DNA of 64,000 nt from Azolla caroliniana (GCA_043228905.1 JBHGNT010000010.1:22196001-22260000); one strand, 5' to 3'. Positions 1 to 14,170 are shown, counted from the first letter of the stretch. Notes: generated from the letters alone by a model not told the origin. Program-made: numbers and translations.

Positions 1-339
1 TTCAATTCAATTATATCTATGGATGCTATTGATGAAAAATGACAAATGCCATCTTCATATTTCTATGTATGATTTTGGACGTGATTCTTTCCAGAAATGT
101 GCTCCAAAGCAAAATATTTAGAGCTAAAAATGACTCAATTTTGGCATTACGGATTTATAACACTTTTCATGTCGCCCATTCAAGGCTACTTTCATAAGAA
201 TTTGACTCGCATATCTCAAAGGGGAGATATTTATAATGGAACTGGTTTCATTATAGGGTCATATTACAACTGCAAATATCCTCTTCGTATTGCATTCCCA
301 TCTAAAAGACACGTAGGAAGCAGGAATTAAGCACTATGA

Positions 340-515
340 CACATAAAGAACGTATTCTAGAATGCCCTAAAACGTTCTATTAAACTTCCACCTCTTCAAA
401 AATAAAGATTGGCTCCTCAAACGCCACATAAAGAACGTATTCTAGAATGCCCTAAAACGTTCTATTAAACTTCCACCTCTTTAAAAATAAAGATTGGCTC
501 CTTCTCAAACGCCAT
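340..515. repeat. ~87-bp tandem duplication
   Basis: cacataaagaacgtattctagaatgccctaaaacgttc...gattggctcc occurs twice in tandem. Confidence 0.9.
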
Positions 516-748
516 ATTATTTGCCCATTTATTTTACAGCTTGCCACTTGAATACACTAATGCTTACATTAATTATTTACGGCTTAAGGACATCTCCTTA
601 AAAAGCTAGCCTCTTATGTCCTCCTATTGCATTCATTAATTTCCCATTACAACTTGCGTCTTGGATGCCTTCAATGAATTCCAGAAAACTCCATCCTTTA
701 AGTTAATAAAGTCAGAATTCATACCTACAAGCATCATGCATATTAAAG

Positions 749-3700
749 TCACTGATTCTGACAGGAAAAGAATAGTTGTCAAAACACATTGCCAGTACAA
801 TAACAAAAAAAGAGATAAATGCATTACCATTGGAGTAAATTCGAGAGCAACACTCAATTCTCCTTGAGGCTGTCCACTGGGTCCAAGAACTTTGTACCTT
901 GTTGGAGGCACACGGCCGTCTGCGAAAACCTTATGCAATGGAACCCTGCACACGTGAGCGCAAGCAATCATCAAGATACTGACATATAATCACAGAATGA
1001 TCCATTCCACCATCATTGAACAAGTCACCTTCACCTCTAAGATGATCACAAAACGAATCATTATGATCCCTTGCATGATCATTGAACAAAACATTATGAT
1101 CACCCAAACAATCATTGACAAACTAATAAGATCCTCACACAATCCTTATCTCGCTAAGAACATCACCCATGTAAATGCCAGGCCATCAAAAGGCTACTCA
1201 CACAGCAGTTCCCAAAGGGTCGTCAGCACTTAAGTCATCTTTGTCAAAGATCTTAATTAAAACCTCTGTAACTTCATTATCAATATTAAAAGAGAACTGC
1301 TGATTCCAGATTGGATCCATCGTTCCTGCATTCAGTTTAAATACATAGCAATTAAAATCATGAAAAAAAGAGGAACCTGAGGTTTTGATGTAAATTTCTA
1401 AAAGTTCTAGTCTTGGCTATACCATTCATTACTCGGCTTTTATGAATTTGCTGGTAGCAATAAATGGCTGCATACGGATCAGATTTTCCTGCTAACAGAG
1501 AGAGAATAAGTAAGACATTAGCTGAACACAACCATCATGAAAAATAGGGAAGCAACATGCTATCTGGGGGCTTAAATCTCACCAAATGTATCTGTGTCCA
1601 GAAGACCGTGAGCCTCTAAAAGATGGACATCTAATATTCCATGATGAACCTGGACGGCATTGTTAATAAGAATGCTGAAAAATAAATACATTTGAGATCT
1701 ATGATGAAGGAAACTATGAATAACCATTGAAAACTATCATCAACGAGTAAATGCATTAAAGAAAAAATTATCTACAAAATGTAATCTAATGAATCAAATA
1801 TTAAAAACAGCAATGCTTTACCTTAACAAAATAAATGAGTCAAGGAATTCTAAGCACAAAATGTATTCTCATGATCAAAGGATTAAAAACAGCAATGCTT
1901 TACCTTAACAAAATAAATGTCTTAAGGAATTCTAATTACAAAATGTATTCTAATGAATCAATGGATTAAAAACAGCAATGCTTTACCTTAACAAAATAAA
2001 TGTATTGAGGAACTATAATGCTACAAAACCTATGATACCTAATCAGGACTAATGACACAAAAACGAGGAAGCCTTACCTTAGGAAAGAACTTTAGACCGA
2101 CTTCAAGGTCTCCCTGGAATTCCCCGTCAGGTTTTAAATGCTGGGATATGTCTATCCAAGAACAGTTTAGAGAGATGGATGCTATAGGTCAAACAAAATC
2201 ACACAGCAGAAATTGTAAATCAGACACTCCAACACTATATATTATTCAGCATTAACCTTAGAAAGATTGATGCAACAAAGAAGACAAAATTACACAACAG
2301 AAATTGTAAAAATAGACACTCAGAACCCTCAGATTATTCAGCATTTCAATGCTTTGTGTAGTATTCCAGATGAATAACACAGAAGAAACTGTAAAACTAG
2401 ACATTCCTTCAATAAAAGATTATTCCAAATTTGTAAACTAGACAAAACATGGTTAATTGTAAAAATCATTCAACCAAATTTTCTGCAGTATATTATTCAA
2501 CAATATTTGGAGTTGTAAACGAGACAAACACAGCTTAATTGTAAACATCATTCAACCAAATTTTCTGCAGTAATATTATTCAACAAAATTCGGATGGTTT
2601 CCTTACTTCACAGTTCCCATCGCTTCATCCACACAATGCTTCTCTTGGTCGAAAATAACAATATCCAGTTCTTGGGGTCCATCAGGAATTTCAAAGAGGA
2701 AACTCTGATTCCAGACAGGATTACTTCCTCCATCTGAAGATGTTCATGTGAGATAAGAAACCATGAGGTTAATGCATCGTAGTTTACAAATCAATAATGA
2801 ATTCTACATGTTACAATCTACTAAATGCATGCGCTTATCAGGAAAATTACATAGATTTTTCATGATATCCATGTTGACAATACAAACTATTCAAGTCATT
2901 ATAGAATGGATAACCAGTTCAATGTATGTGATGGTTTTAACAGTAGAAGGTTTGTGTAGTAGATTTCCCACATCATCCATGGTTGCAAGGAAAGTGTTTC
3001 GAAAGCAAAACCTGCTTGATTCATATGGCCTTATAAAACCAACATATGGTCAAACTTACGCAATAGATTATTCCTCAAGAATAGAACACTTGATGATGTG
3101 GAGAATTCCTGTTGCCATCCATGGTTGAGAAACATGTAACTCAGAAAGCATGACATGTTTGCTCAATCTATATGGTGGCAAGCATGTCATGACCTTACAA
3201 GAAAAAAAATTATGGTTGAGAAAGATGTGTTTTGGAAAGCATGACATGTTTGCTCGGTGCATATGGTGGCATGAATGTGAGAATCTTACATTTGTAGATT
3301 CCTCCTGGATTCCACAATTGCAAACATCTTTTAAAAAGTATGACCCACTAAATTCAGATACTTGCAGGCATGTAATCATGTATGGCATTACAAAGAAATA
3401 TTCCATTGTGAGAACCCAAAAGAATATTAACAGTCTGAAAATATACATATAAAACCTTCCAAACAATGAGCACACAGCTGCTTTAGAAAGTATAACCTTC
3501 TAAATAATACTCCCATGTGTGTGATCTCCAATAACCATACAATGACACATGAAATTGTCAAAATCCTATCCAAATATATAGCTACAAACACATGAAGCGA
3601 GGTGGTTCAGATATCATATTCTGCTAAATACACGTTATCAAGAGCCTTCAAAATAAAGCAAAAATGATCTCATATGCAGTGCATACCCCATACTATTAAG

Positions 3701-4491
3701 TAAACTCTTAAATTTTAACAGATGGATTTACATGTTAAAAAAATAATAGCCTGCAAGATAGATACACATACAGGAACTATGTTATTGCAAATTTCAAAAT
3801 TCATATTTTAGAAATAACAACCTCATAGCTAGATACATAGAGAAATGGTGGTCTCCCAAAATTCAATGAGATAATATTGGTAAGAAACTAACAATGAAAC
3901 CCAAATTCCATGGCATATTATTGGCTACAAAGTAACAATGACTCTACTTGTTTTAGAAGGAATAACTGTTATACACATAGGCAAAGCATACCCTTACAAA
4001 GTTCAAAGAAACAACATTAGTTACAGATATTAACACATAAATTTATGTGTCTTATAAAAAATGACCTACCAGATATACATCATACTGATTCATACATCAT
4101 ATATGATGACCTTACATCATTCAAAGAAAGAATAAATTGAAAACATGGCACAATCTTATAAAGAATTATGACATTAATCAATGATTATACAGACTAAAAC
4201 ACACAGCCTTCAACAAAGAAGCATCACACTACTAAAGAGAGGAAATTTAGCATGAGTGATCATATTACCATGGATTGTGTGGCTTCGTTACTTTAGATTT
4301 CGAATGGCAACTATTGCATAAGGGTCTGATTTGCCTGTACAGATTCAAACACACCAAAGAGAGGTTAAAATGCAAGGAAAAAATCACAATGGTTTGTTTA
4401 ATGTGCGAAAGAGGACAAATTTACCAAAGAATTCCACGTCTTTCAGGCCGTTGCCTCTGATGAGTTCCACCTCCAGACTGCCTTCAGGCAT
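749..4491 (-). pseudogene. Tandem double C2-domain protein (elicitor-responsive/PP16-like small C2 family), disrupted
   Basis: Exons (-): 4491-4425 MPEGSLEVELIRGNGLKDVEFFG; 4334-4269 KSDPYAIVAIRNLK*RSHTIH (TAA at 4290-4288); 2733-2607 GGSNPVWNQSFLFEIPDG...MGTV; 2181-2078 (104 nt, frameshifted); 1649-1583 VHHGILDVHLLEAHGLLDTDTFG; 1488-1423 KSDPYAAI; ~1325-1203 DPIWNQQFSF...DKDDLSADDPLG; 945-828; probable 757-749 NQ*. All introns are GT-AG and the C2 motifs occur twice. Confidence 0.85.
1775..2015. repeat. Intronic ~81-bp tandem repeat x3
   Basis: ttaaaaacagcaatgctttaccttaacaaaataaatg at ~1801, ~1883 and ~1966. Confidence 0.9.
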
Positions 4492-5494
4492 GGCTACGAA
4501 CAGTTCAAGCTTTTCCTGCTCGCGAATGGAAACTATTTGCAATTGTATGGAGATTGTTCCAGCTGATACAATTTCTGGTGTGCATTTTTCCTATTCGACG
4601 ATTGCGGTGGTACACTGTCGAGAAGCTTCCAAAGTGCCACAAAGTCATGAATCGGACAAGCTTCGATTTTAATCATGTGCCAATAAAAACTCATGTCCTT
4701 GGGCATCACAAAATCATTGTTCACAACGAAACTTGGATGAGCAGCTTTTACTCGTTAGAGGGTTTTAGATTGACATTTAAGACACCATGCCTTGCATTTC
4801 TAACAATCAATGCCTAGTTGTTCGTCCATTTTCCTATTGACTTGACAATGGAAACAAGTGTTCCAAAACTGGAAACTCTTCTTATGTCGCACAACCTTAT
4901 TAGTCACGAGAGTTGAACTTTGATGGAGATCTTCTACTCATTACAACGGTGAGTAGAGAATGTGTTTGTGGCCTTGCACCCTATTGTTCAACCATTTCAC
5001 CTTATGTCTATTGATGATATATGACATGCTTCATAGTAAATGTCATAGGAAAGATGTGCCATGATTTATTTAGTCACGCGATATGTGGGATGAACAAAAA
5101 ATTCTTCATTGAGCAAAGACCATGTGCATGAGCATGGTGTCGTGAAAATGTTCGGCTACGGTGAGAAATCACGAGAAAAAGGGCCAAAATGTGTATGTGC
5201 AATATGCACACGCAATGGGCTATTTGTTGGCCCATGCACAAATATAAAATGGTGAGATGAAGGGTGCAAGTGGTGCAAAATAAATGGGAAAATGAAGGGT
5301 GCAAAGGAGGATAGAAAATCGTGCGATTGGAGAGAGATTATGAGGAAGCACATGCACATTGATATGATGAAAGTAGGAGAGAGGATGAGTGCATTGAGGT
5401 GCAAAAAATAAGAGTGGTAAAGCATGTGTGAGAGGGAGGAAGCACTGAAGTAGGGGATGTGAGAGCCAAATGTGTGGGTGGAAAAGTAAGAGAG

Positions 5495-6131
<637 letters not shown>

Positions 6132-6213
6132 TAAGTTGAGATGCATAGTTCAAATTTATTCTAATAGTGTAGTGAGGAGTAAGGAATCTTATTTTTTTAT
6201 TATTAACTACAAA

Positions 6214-7515
6214 TGTAGTGTGCCCCCCCCCCCTTTTTCCTACAAGAGGAGGGGGCTCATTTTTGGGTCTTCACCGTTTTGGGAAGAGAACTCTTGATCT
6301 TCCTTAGCTCATACGCTTTTATCCCCTCTTCATGCTCGTGCTCGTCTCCTTCGTGTTTGTGCTCGCGTGTTCAAGTGCTCCTGCCCGTCTTCTTTGTCAT
6401 CTCGCCTTGAAGGGTATTCACTATTTGTGTTTTGTTGAGCTTGTGGCTAGCTAGAAGTTGCCACTTTGTAAACCACCCCCTCTTCCTAACTTCTTTCTTG
6501 TAATCAAACCCAACTTTATAAAGGGCCCTCTTGCCTTGGAATCAAACATATATTTATTTATTTCTTTAGGCAATATCATTCGTGTTTGTGTGTAAACCTT
6601 CTTGTTGTGTGTTTGTGCGTCTTGTGACGAGGCGTTTAACAGGCGTGCCAAAGCACCTCTCCTCCTCAAGGCGTTCGGACTTTCGTGTTTGTGTGTAAAC
6701 CTTCTTGTTGTGCGTTCACACTGTCGAATACGAGTGTATAATGGCCGTATTCACACTGTCCCGTTGGACAACCCAAGTTTGGGCTATTTCTGTAAATAGC
6801 ATAAAGGGCAGTTGCCTTATGACAGTCACTATATAAAGTGACTTTGTAACCTTTAGAAAAGGTGGTTGTTGTTGGTTGTAATTCTTGTAATTGTTGCTAT
6901 TGGAATATAACATTTCTCTGTGCCTCTCTCTCTCTCTCTCTTGCTCATGCACATGCACAGGTTCTTCTTCATCAAGAATGTTGCTTGCACTTTTGCATTG
7001 ACGGCCTTGTCCCCAACATTTGATAATGTCGCAGATGGAATGACCAAGTGTCTTTCGGCAGATCGTTTCCGATCCCTTCGGCACCAAATGGGCGTAACGA
7101 AAAATCGGTCTGGTTAAAGTTGGACACACAACACATGATGGTTTCGAACCACCGACATCGGTTCTTTGAGGATCGGCTTCAACTCTTCCGACCTGACCGG
7201 TTCGGTCTTTTGTCTTTGAATCTTGCCGACTCTAACAAAACCGATGTCTGATAAACCTTGTATATACCTATAATTTTTTATAGATAACCCATGTATACGC
7301 CCATTACGGGGGAGTGTCGAATACGAGTGTATAATGACCGTATTCACACTATCCCGTTGGACAACCCAAGTTTGGGCTATTTCTGTAAATAGCATAAAGG
7401 GCAGTTGCCCTAGGATAGTCACTATATAAAGTGACTTTGTAACCTTTAGAAAAGGTTGTTGTTGTTGGTTGTAATTCTTGTAACTATTGCTATTGGAATA
7501 TAACATTTCTTTGTG

Positions 7516-7562
<47 letters not shown>

Positions 7563-8490
7563 GTCTATCTTGCTCATGCGCATACACAGGTTCTTCTTCA
7601 TCAAGAATGTTGCTTGCACTTCCGCATTGACAGCCTTGTCCCCAACACACACATCTTGTGATGAGGGAGCAACTCGGGTCCAAGCACTTAATAGGTGTGC
7701 CGAAGCACCGCTCCTCCTCAAGGGTTTTGAGCTTTTGTGTTTGTGTCCACGTCCCCCTTCTTGTTGTGCATTCACGTGTCTTGAGAGGAGGGAGCAAACA
7801 GAGTCCAAGTGCTTAATAGACGTGCCGAAACACCTCCCCTCCTCAAGGTGTTCAAACTTTCATGTTTGTGTCCACGTCCCCCTTCTTGTTGTGCATTTGT
7901 GCGTCTTGAGACGAGGGAGCAATTCGGCCCCAAGCGCTTAATAGGCATGCCAAAGCACCTCTCCTCCTCATAAAAGGCATTCGGACTTATGTGTTTGTGT
8001 TCCCGTCCCCTTCCTCGTGCATTCGGTCATCTTGTGACGACGGAGCATTTCGGGCATGCCCATGCACCCTCCTCATAAAGGTGTCCAGGCGTTTGTGAAT
8101 GTGGGTTCTTCCTTTCCTTGCACATTTGCCTTGTGTGCTCGTCTTTCCTTGTGCACATGTCCATTCACTCATGCGGTGAGCTGGAAAGTTCAATGAGTCA
8201 TGGTCAATGAAAGCCATCAACTACACAAAGAGGAGATGAACCCTTGCCCGGCAAGTAGTCTTCGTCGACAAGCAAACCTTGAGTCGTCTCCACCCCTTCT
8301 TACTCCCGAGTCCCTAGTTTGAGACCCTCGTGGTTCCGCCCGAGCAATACACACGCGTGAAACTTCGTGACAACGGGGAATGGTTAATTTGTCGTCCAAG
8401 GGTATTGGCCCCATAGGTGTACTAGATAAATACGGAGTCAACTACTTGCTTGCTCGAGGCCAAGGTAAGCTTAGTTAGACACACATCACA
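6214..8490. mobile_element. Probable solo-LTR-like element with internal ~118-bp tandem subrepeats; hosts the TRIM
   Basis: Begins TGTAGTG and ends CATCACA (LTR-like termini). Subrepeats (gcacctctcctcctcaagg...cttcttgttgtgc) lie at 6580-6720 and 7650-8100. No TSD was found. Confidence 0.45.
6722..7647 (+). mobile_element. TRIM (terminal-repeat retrotransposon in miniature), complete
   Basis: LTRs 6722-7018 and 7315-7647, both TGTCGAATAC...CCCCAACA; 296-bp non-coding internal region; PPT-like attacgggggag just before the 3' LTR; 5-bp TSD CACAC at 6717-6721 and 7648-7652. Confidence 0.9.
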
Positions 8491-8992
8491 ATTTAAACCT
8501 AATAACTACTCAATGCTTAACAAATCACTCTAACACACAATTATTTCATAGATTGATGGAGAAGCAAAACAATATATGTGGTTAAGCACCCAAACCTTAT
8601 AATAGAAGGCAAGTTAAAACATAGTGACAACATATGATTATGATTTAATCACACTCTCGCCTTTGATGTAACTCTTGTTACTCTATAGCAAGAAGCCACC
8701 ACACTCCCGCATTATCCTGGGTAATCACCCTTTTGCCTTCATAGAGGTGGATGTTGTTGTGCCTCCATCCACTCTTTTAGTCGTATTTCACTTTGAAGTT
8801 ATGTACATACATATGTTATGTATGTAGCCCCACTCCACTCCACTATGTATATCCAAGTTGCTTTGGTGTTAGCGTTTTTTTACCGCTTCTTGTCTTGCCG
8901 ACCTTTACACACGCGCACACATTTCTCCTCGCCTCTCTTTTTGATCATTGTCTTCTTCTTCTTCTTCTTCTTCTCTCTGCGATAGATGGTCC

Positions 8993-11900
8993 ATGTCCTT
9001 CTCCGGTAAGCAGCAGCAGCAGCCTTCTTCTGCGCGAATGGTCCAACGACGATTGCGTAAGGTAATCCTTTTCTGCCTCTTTTTCTCTCATCCATCACAT
9101 ATATAAAATCGGTTTAGCTGCAAGAAATAAAGAAATAAAGAAGAATAAGACTGCGTTTCCTTCACCTTCAGCTTTATTTTGATTACCTTCGTCAATAAAG
9201 GAAGAAAAGAGAAGAAAGAAGGAAATAAAAGAAGAGTTAGACTGTACCTTACCTTCATCTTTGTTTAGGTTGCCTTCGTTTAAGGCTGGAAAGCGTTCCG
9301 TGAGAAAGTCCTTAAGATCTAACACCCTGTCCGACGGTACCAAGTATATCCCTTTCTTCTCGTGTATACAACAATATCATTGTGCACAACTTCTTTATTT
9401 ACTGATCCGCACAGCAGGGAATTCTCTGGGGGGGTGTGAATTTGAGAATTTTATGGAACAATAGGAAATTGTATAATTATGCATGAAAAATAGAAATTGT
9501 AGAATTTTGTGGGGCAATTAAGAATTTCGAAGGGAAATTCAGGAAAATGTGAAGTGATCATCCATTTTGCAGAAAGGAAGCCACACACAACTTAGTAAGG
9601 AATCACAGTATGTCTCATCTAATCTGGGAGTATTTGTTTGTACCCACTGACAATGCTCAAAGGATACGCCTCCTTTTCAATATATCAATGATATTTGTTC
9701 ATATATTTTAAATACGAAGTCTCACAAGTATAGACATGCAGAGAGAACACATAAAAATTTTAAAATTTATTTACAGGAGTTTAAACATTTCCAGATTGGC
9801 CGAAGTTTTGATTGTGTGTTTGGTTTGCCATTTTTTAGGCAGGGGAGTTGGAAAAGCTTTTACTGAATTCCATCCAGACAAAAGGGATTTTTGATCAAAA
9901 TGCTCAGATCCTACTTGACAATATCAGAGAATTGTACGTGTCCATCTTACTAGAAGACCAAGAGTTTGCTGAAGCACATGAGGTTGAACAATTCCTTTGG
10001 CGACTACATCATAAGCGGATTGAGGAATTTAGAGCTCAAATCAGAAAGTCGTTATCCGTTTCTAATAATGCTACTGTCTCAATGCCTCCGGTAGGGGACA
10101 AGAAGATTGCCAGGAGAGATCCCAACCAAAAAATTCTATCAATTTTCCGAAATTTCTTGTCAGAAGCAACTGGGTTTTATCATGATTTGATTTTAAAAAT
10201 AAGAGCTAAACATGGTCTGCCTCAGGATGATCTTACTAGTAATGTAATTGAAACTAAAGTTATCAAGGATGAGAAGAGTATTAAAAGGTGTCAGCTTTCT
10301 TGTCACCGTTGCTTGATATACCTTGGAGATCTTGCACGTTATAAAGAGATCCATGGAGATTCTCATGGTGAAGGAAATGCAAAGAACCATGATTGGTCAA
10401 TTGCTGCAGGATTTTATGTCAAGGCTGCTTTTATATGGCCAGCTAGTGGGAATCCTCATAACCAGGTTCTTACTTTCTTCAGCTATTTTTAAACTGCGTC
10501 TTGCTGATGGTAATAAATGGATCAAAATCTCACATTCTTTGCACTGTCATCGTCTCATTTTGCAGTTAGCAGTTATGGCAACATATATCGGAGATGAATT
10601 GCTCGCTGTCTACCATTACTTCCGCAGCCTCGCAGCGGAAGCTCCCTTCTTTACTGCCAAAGATAATCTTGTTGTCCTTTTTGAGAAGGTAAACAGAACT
10701 GATATTTTGAGCACTTTGTTATTCTTCTTCAACCTTTTGAGGTTTCTTGCAAAAATATGAGTCTTGCTTACAATGCTTTTAATCTTGCAACATTCATAAG
10801 AATGGCTGCATCTTTAGCTGCTCATTCTCTGATCTTACTAAATGTTTCTCTGAAAACAGAATAGACAGAGTTATTTACGGTTATCTGCATCATCTGCTGT
10901 GAAACCACTCACTACTATCCACAATCCAATTAAAGTCTCAAAGGGCGAAGACAGTTTGGCATTGGAATCAGGCGTTTTATCTCATGTACAAAATGACCAA
11001 TCAAGCTTAGTGCCTTCAAATTCCACCAATATATTGAGAGCTTTTCGGATTCATGTTGTGCGGGTGAATGGTATATTATTTACCAGAACCAGGTATTCCT
11101 AAACGAATTAAGATCATATCATATCATAAAATAGACCATTTCTTCCTCCATTTAAAAATCCCTGTACTTCACATGTGGAATTTGGAAATCAAAATAGAAA
11201 CCATCATACCAGAATCATAGTAACAATATATGTAATTAACAGAGAAGCGCTGTGTTTAAAGAGGAACTTTCTCTTTACAAAATATCAAAATTTACTGAAT
11301 TATAGATTTCTTTTCAAAAACATGGTAACAAAATGGGATCAATAAACAAAGAAGTGCTTCGTTTAAAGAGGAACTTTCTCTTTGAAAAATATTGAAATTT
11401 ACTGAATCATAGATTTCTTTTCAAAAACATTGTAACAAAATGGGATAAACAGAGAAGCACTGTGTTTTAAGAAGAACTTCCTCTTTGCAAAATATCAAAA
11501 TATACTGAATTACAGATCTCTTTTCAAAAACATGGTAACAAAATGGGATTTACATCTCTTGGAGATGACATGAAACATTGATTGACCTGTCCATGAACAT
11601 TAACATTGCTTGACCTTTGCATGGACATTATGAATATTTTGTAATTACTGTCTTCCTGTGCTTAGTAGGTTTTTTATGCTTCCTTTCATATGTTTTGCAC
11701 TAATTTGTGTTAATTAAATTATTGCAGCTTGGAGACTTTCCCAGAAGTTCATTCATGTGTTTTATCTGAACTGGAGCAACTGCTTGCTTTTGAAAATAGT
11801 GATGCAGAGACTCTCAGACAGAGATTGACTACAAGAGTCTGGGGAACAGGACCAAATGTTATTCTTCAGCTCATTAGCATCCTTATTTTTAGTGTCCATA

Positions 11901-14170
11901 ATGTTAATGTGGGTCCTGGTAGTCATCAGCCTACATATGCAGAAATATTGCAGCAATCAGTCATCCTGGAGCATGCATTTATTGCCCTGTTTGAATATAC
12001 AGGGCACCTTTTGCAGCATTCTATTGATGCAAATGATCCGTCTATTAGCATTACCCTACCTTCTGTTCTAGTCGTAATGGAATGGCTTTCTTGTAGACCA
12101 GAGATGGCCTTGGGCGTTGAGATCAAGGAGAAAGAAGGCAAGGCAAGAATGTTCTTTTGGATGAAGTGTGTCGGTTTGCTGAACAAGTTATTAGATGATA
12201 CTAGCAACCGAGTGCTTGACAGGGCGTTTGTTAAAGATAATCAGGATGAAGGTGTGTCACTGTGGGAGGATCATGAATTGCGAGGGTTCATTCCCCTGCT
12301 TCCTATCCAGGAGAAACTAGATTTCACAAAAAGACCAAGTGCAGACATTGGAAACAAGAAAGAAATGCATGCTAGAATTGACCGTCTGATACAGGCAGGT
12401 AAAGTAATATCAGACAAATTCAAAGGAACTAAGAAAGGAATATGTTATGATGCCCAAACAGGCAGGTTTTACTTGTCAACTGATAAAATAAGACAGGAAA
12501 GCAAGCAAGATGGCAGGGTCCTCAAGGAGATAATACAAGAACCATTCGTGAAACCTGTCCTTGAGCCAAAGGTGAATCATGCACTTGCCCAAGTGTCATC
12601 TATGAGAATGGGGGGTTCTTTAGGTGAGGATGAAGATGAGGAAGTGATTGTCTTCCAGCCTTCCATTAAGATAACAGAATTAGTGAACAAAAGTGAGTTG
12701 GATAGTTTCTATACGAAAGAACAAACTTCAAACAGTGTGGTATCAGATGCCAGTGAAAAGTTAACTGCGTCGAATGGTCCGCACATTTCTGGTGTAAAGC
12801 CATCTTTGGAAATCCCTTCACCCTTGCTAGGCACAGGGAAAATCTTACCTGAGGTGTTGCCTGAAATGGTTCCTTTCCCACCAGCATCTGTTGGAATCAG
12901 CATCCCGCAATCTGTTTCCCCACAACGCAAACCCATAATTTGTGGAGCACCTGGATTTACACCAGATGCTAGTTTAATGAAGAACTTGGATTCTAAGCCA
13001 AAAACTGAGTTTGGAACATCTGGGCAAGCACTCAGCATGTCAAATACTATAGATAGCATGTTTAATATGCCAAGAAGTGGGTATGATAACCATCTTGCGT
13101 TGGGATCAATTGTTGACTGGAAAACTGGAAACGGGTTTGGTATTTTTCAGCATCAGCAGACATGGTCTTCTACCTTACCTGATATAAATTGCGAGCCACA
13201 AAACCTTGCAAACAGTCCTTTATGGAACTCAGAGCGCAATACACTTTCTGCCTTTCATGGTCCTTTGGGAGTCCAACCTAACAGTTTGTGTTCCTTTACA
13301 CGACCTTCTACTTTGGAGCTGCCTGCAAGCTTAGCCAGAAACATGATTCCAAGTAACGATAAACAGAATATTGCCGAAAATTCCAGCAGTGTGCCTCCTT
13401 ATGTCATAGCGAATAGTTTGCCAGATGGTGGTACTCAATCAAAAATAGCTTCTCAAGTACCAAACAATACACCCAAAGACAATATTCCTGGGGCTTTACA
13501 AGATCTGAATCTTACAAGTAGTGTCAACGCAAACAAGACGAGCATGGCAGTGCTTTCTGATAGAGAGAAAGCAGGTCCTGTTAAAAAGTTAGCAGGGTTT
13601 TCATCTGCAATACGACCTCCTCCTGGATTCGGTCCGTTGCCAGCAAAACCCAATGTTCCATTGTCATCCTCATCAGTATTTCATAGGACACCGCCTACAC
13701 AGCTTGCCAACATAACGGCTAGTTCTAAAGGTTTGCTGGAAACTGGAGCATCTTCTGAGGATGGACAAGTTGATGATTATGGATGGTTGGATGGCTATAG
13801 TGCACAGAAGCAGGATTTAGGGCAAGCAAAGATGCTGGGAAATTCAGACTATGGGCAGTTGCCTGGAAATACAGTTCAAGCATTTCCAGGCATGAGGCTT
13901 ATCAATTCTTCTAGTCCCCATTCCTTCTCAAGCCAACAGTTGCAGCAAGAGTCGCTCAAGAAATTGCAGATTAGTGAACAATATCAACAGCAGATTTTAC
14001 AAGAGCATCAAAAGCAGCAACTGCATCAGCTTTATAATGCACGGCTAGCATCTCAATGGAGTCAACAGCAGCATCAGCAACAATATCTACCGCCTCCAGA
14101 CTGCTTACTACCACTGCATCGGCAGATGTCACCATCCATTCATCCTGCCCAGAATAGCAATGTGTCTTGA
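8993..14170 (+). CDS. SMG7: Nonsense-mediated decay factor SMG7 (EST1/14-3-3-like), ~1164 aa
   Basis: Exons 8993-9061, 9839-10465, 10566-10688, 10860-11092, 11728-14170 join in frame. Motifs EQFLWRLHHKRIEEFR, CHRCLIYLGDLARYKE, WPASGNPHNQLA, LWEDHELRGF, EDEEVIVFQP and RPPPGFGP, plus a Q-rich tail. Confidence 0.93.
11235..11550. repeat. ~105-bp tandem repeat x3 in SMG7 intron 4
   Basis: aacagagaagc...gaggaactttctcttt...ttttcaaaaacatggtaacaaaatgggat repeated three times. Confidence 0.85.

Noticed and set aside
6722-7018. Cassandra-type 5S rRNA in the LTR
   Set aside because: No 5S A/IE/C box core is visible.
6716-7941. 137-227 aa ORFs with ERERER/LSLSLS tracts
   Set aside because: They run through TRIM LTRs and (CT)n microsatellites and have no protein motifs.
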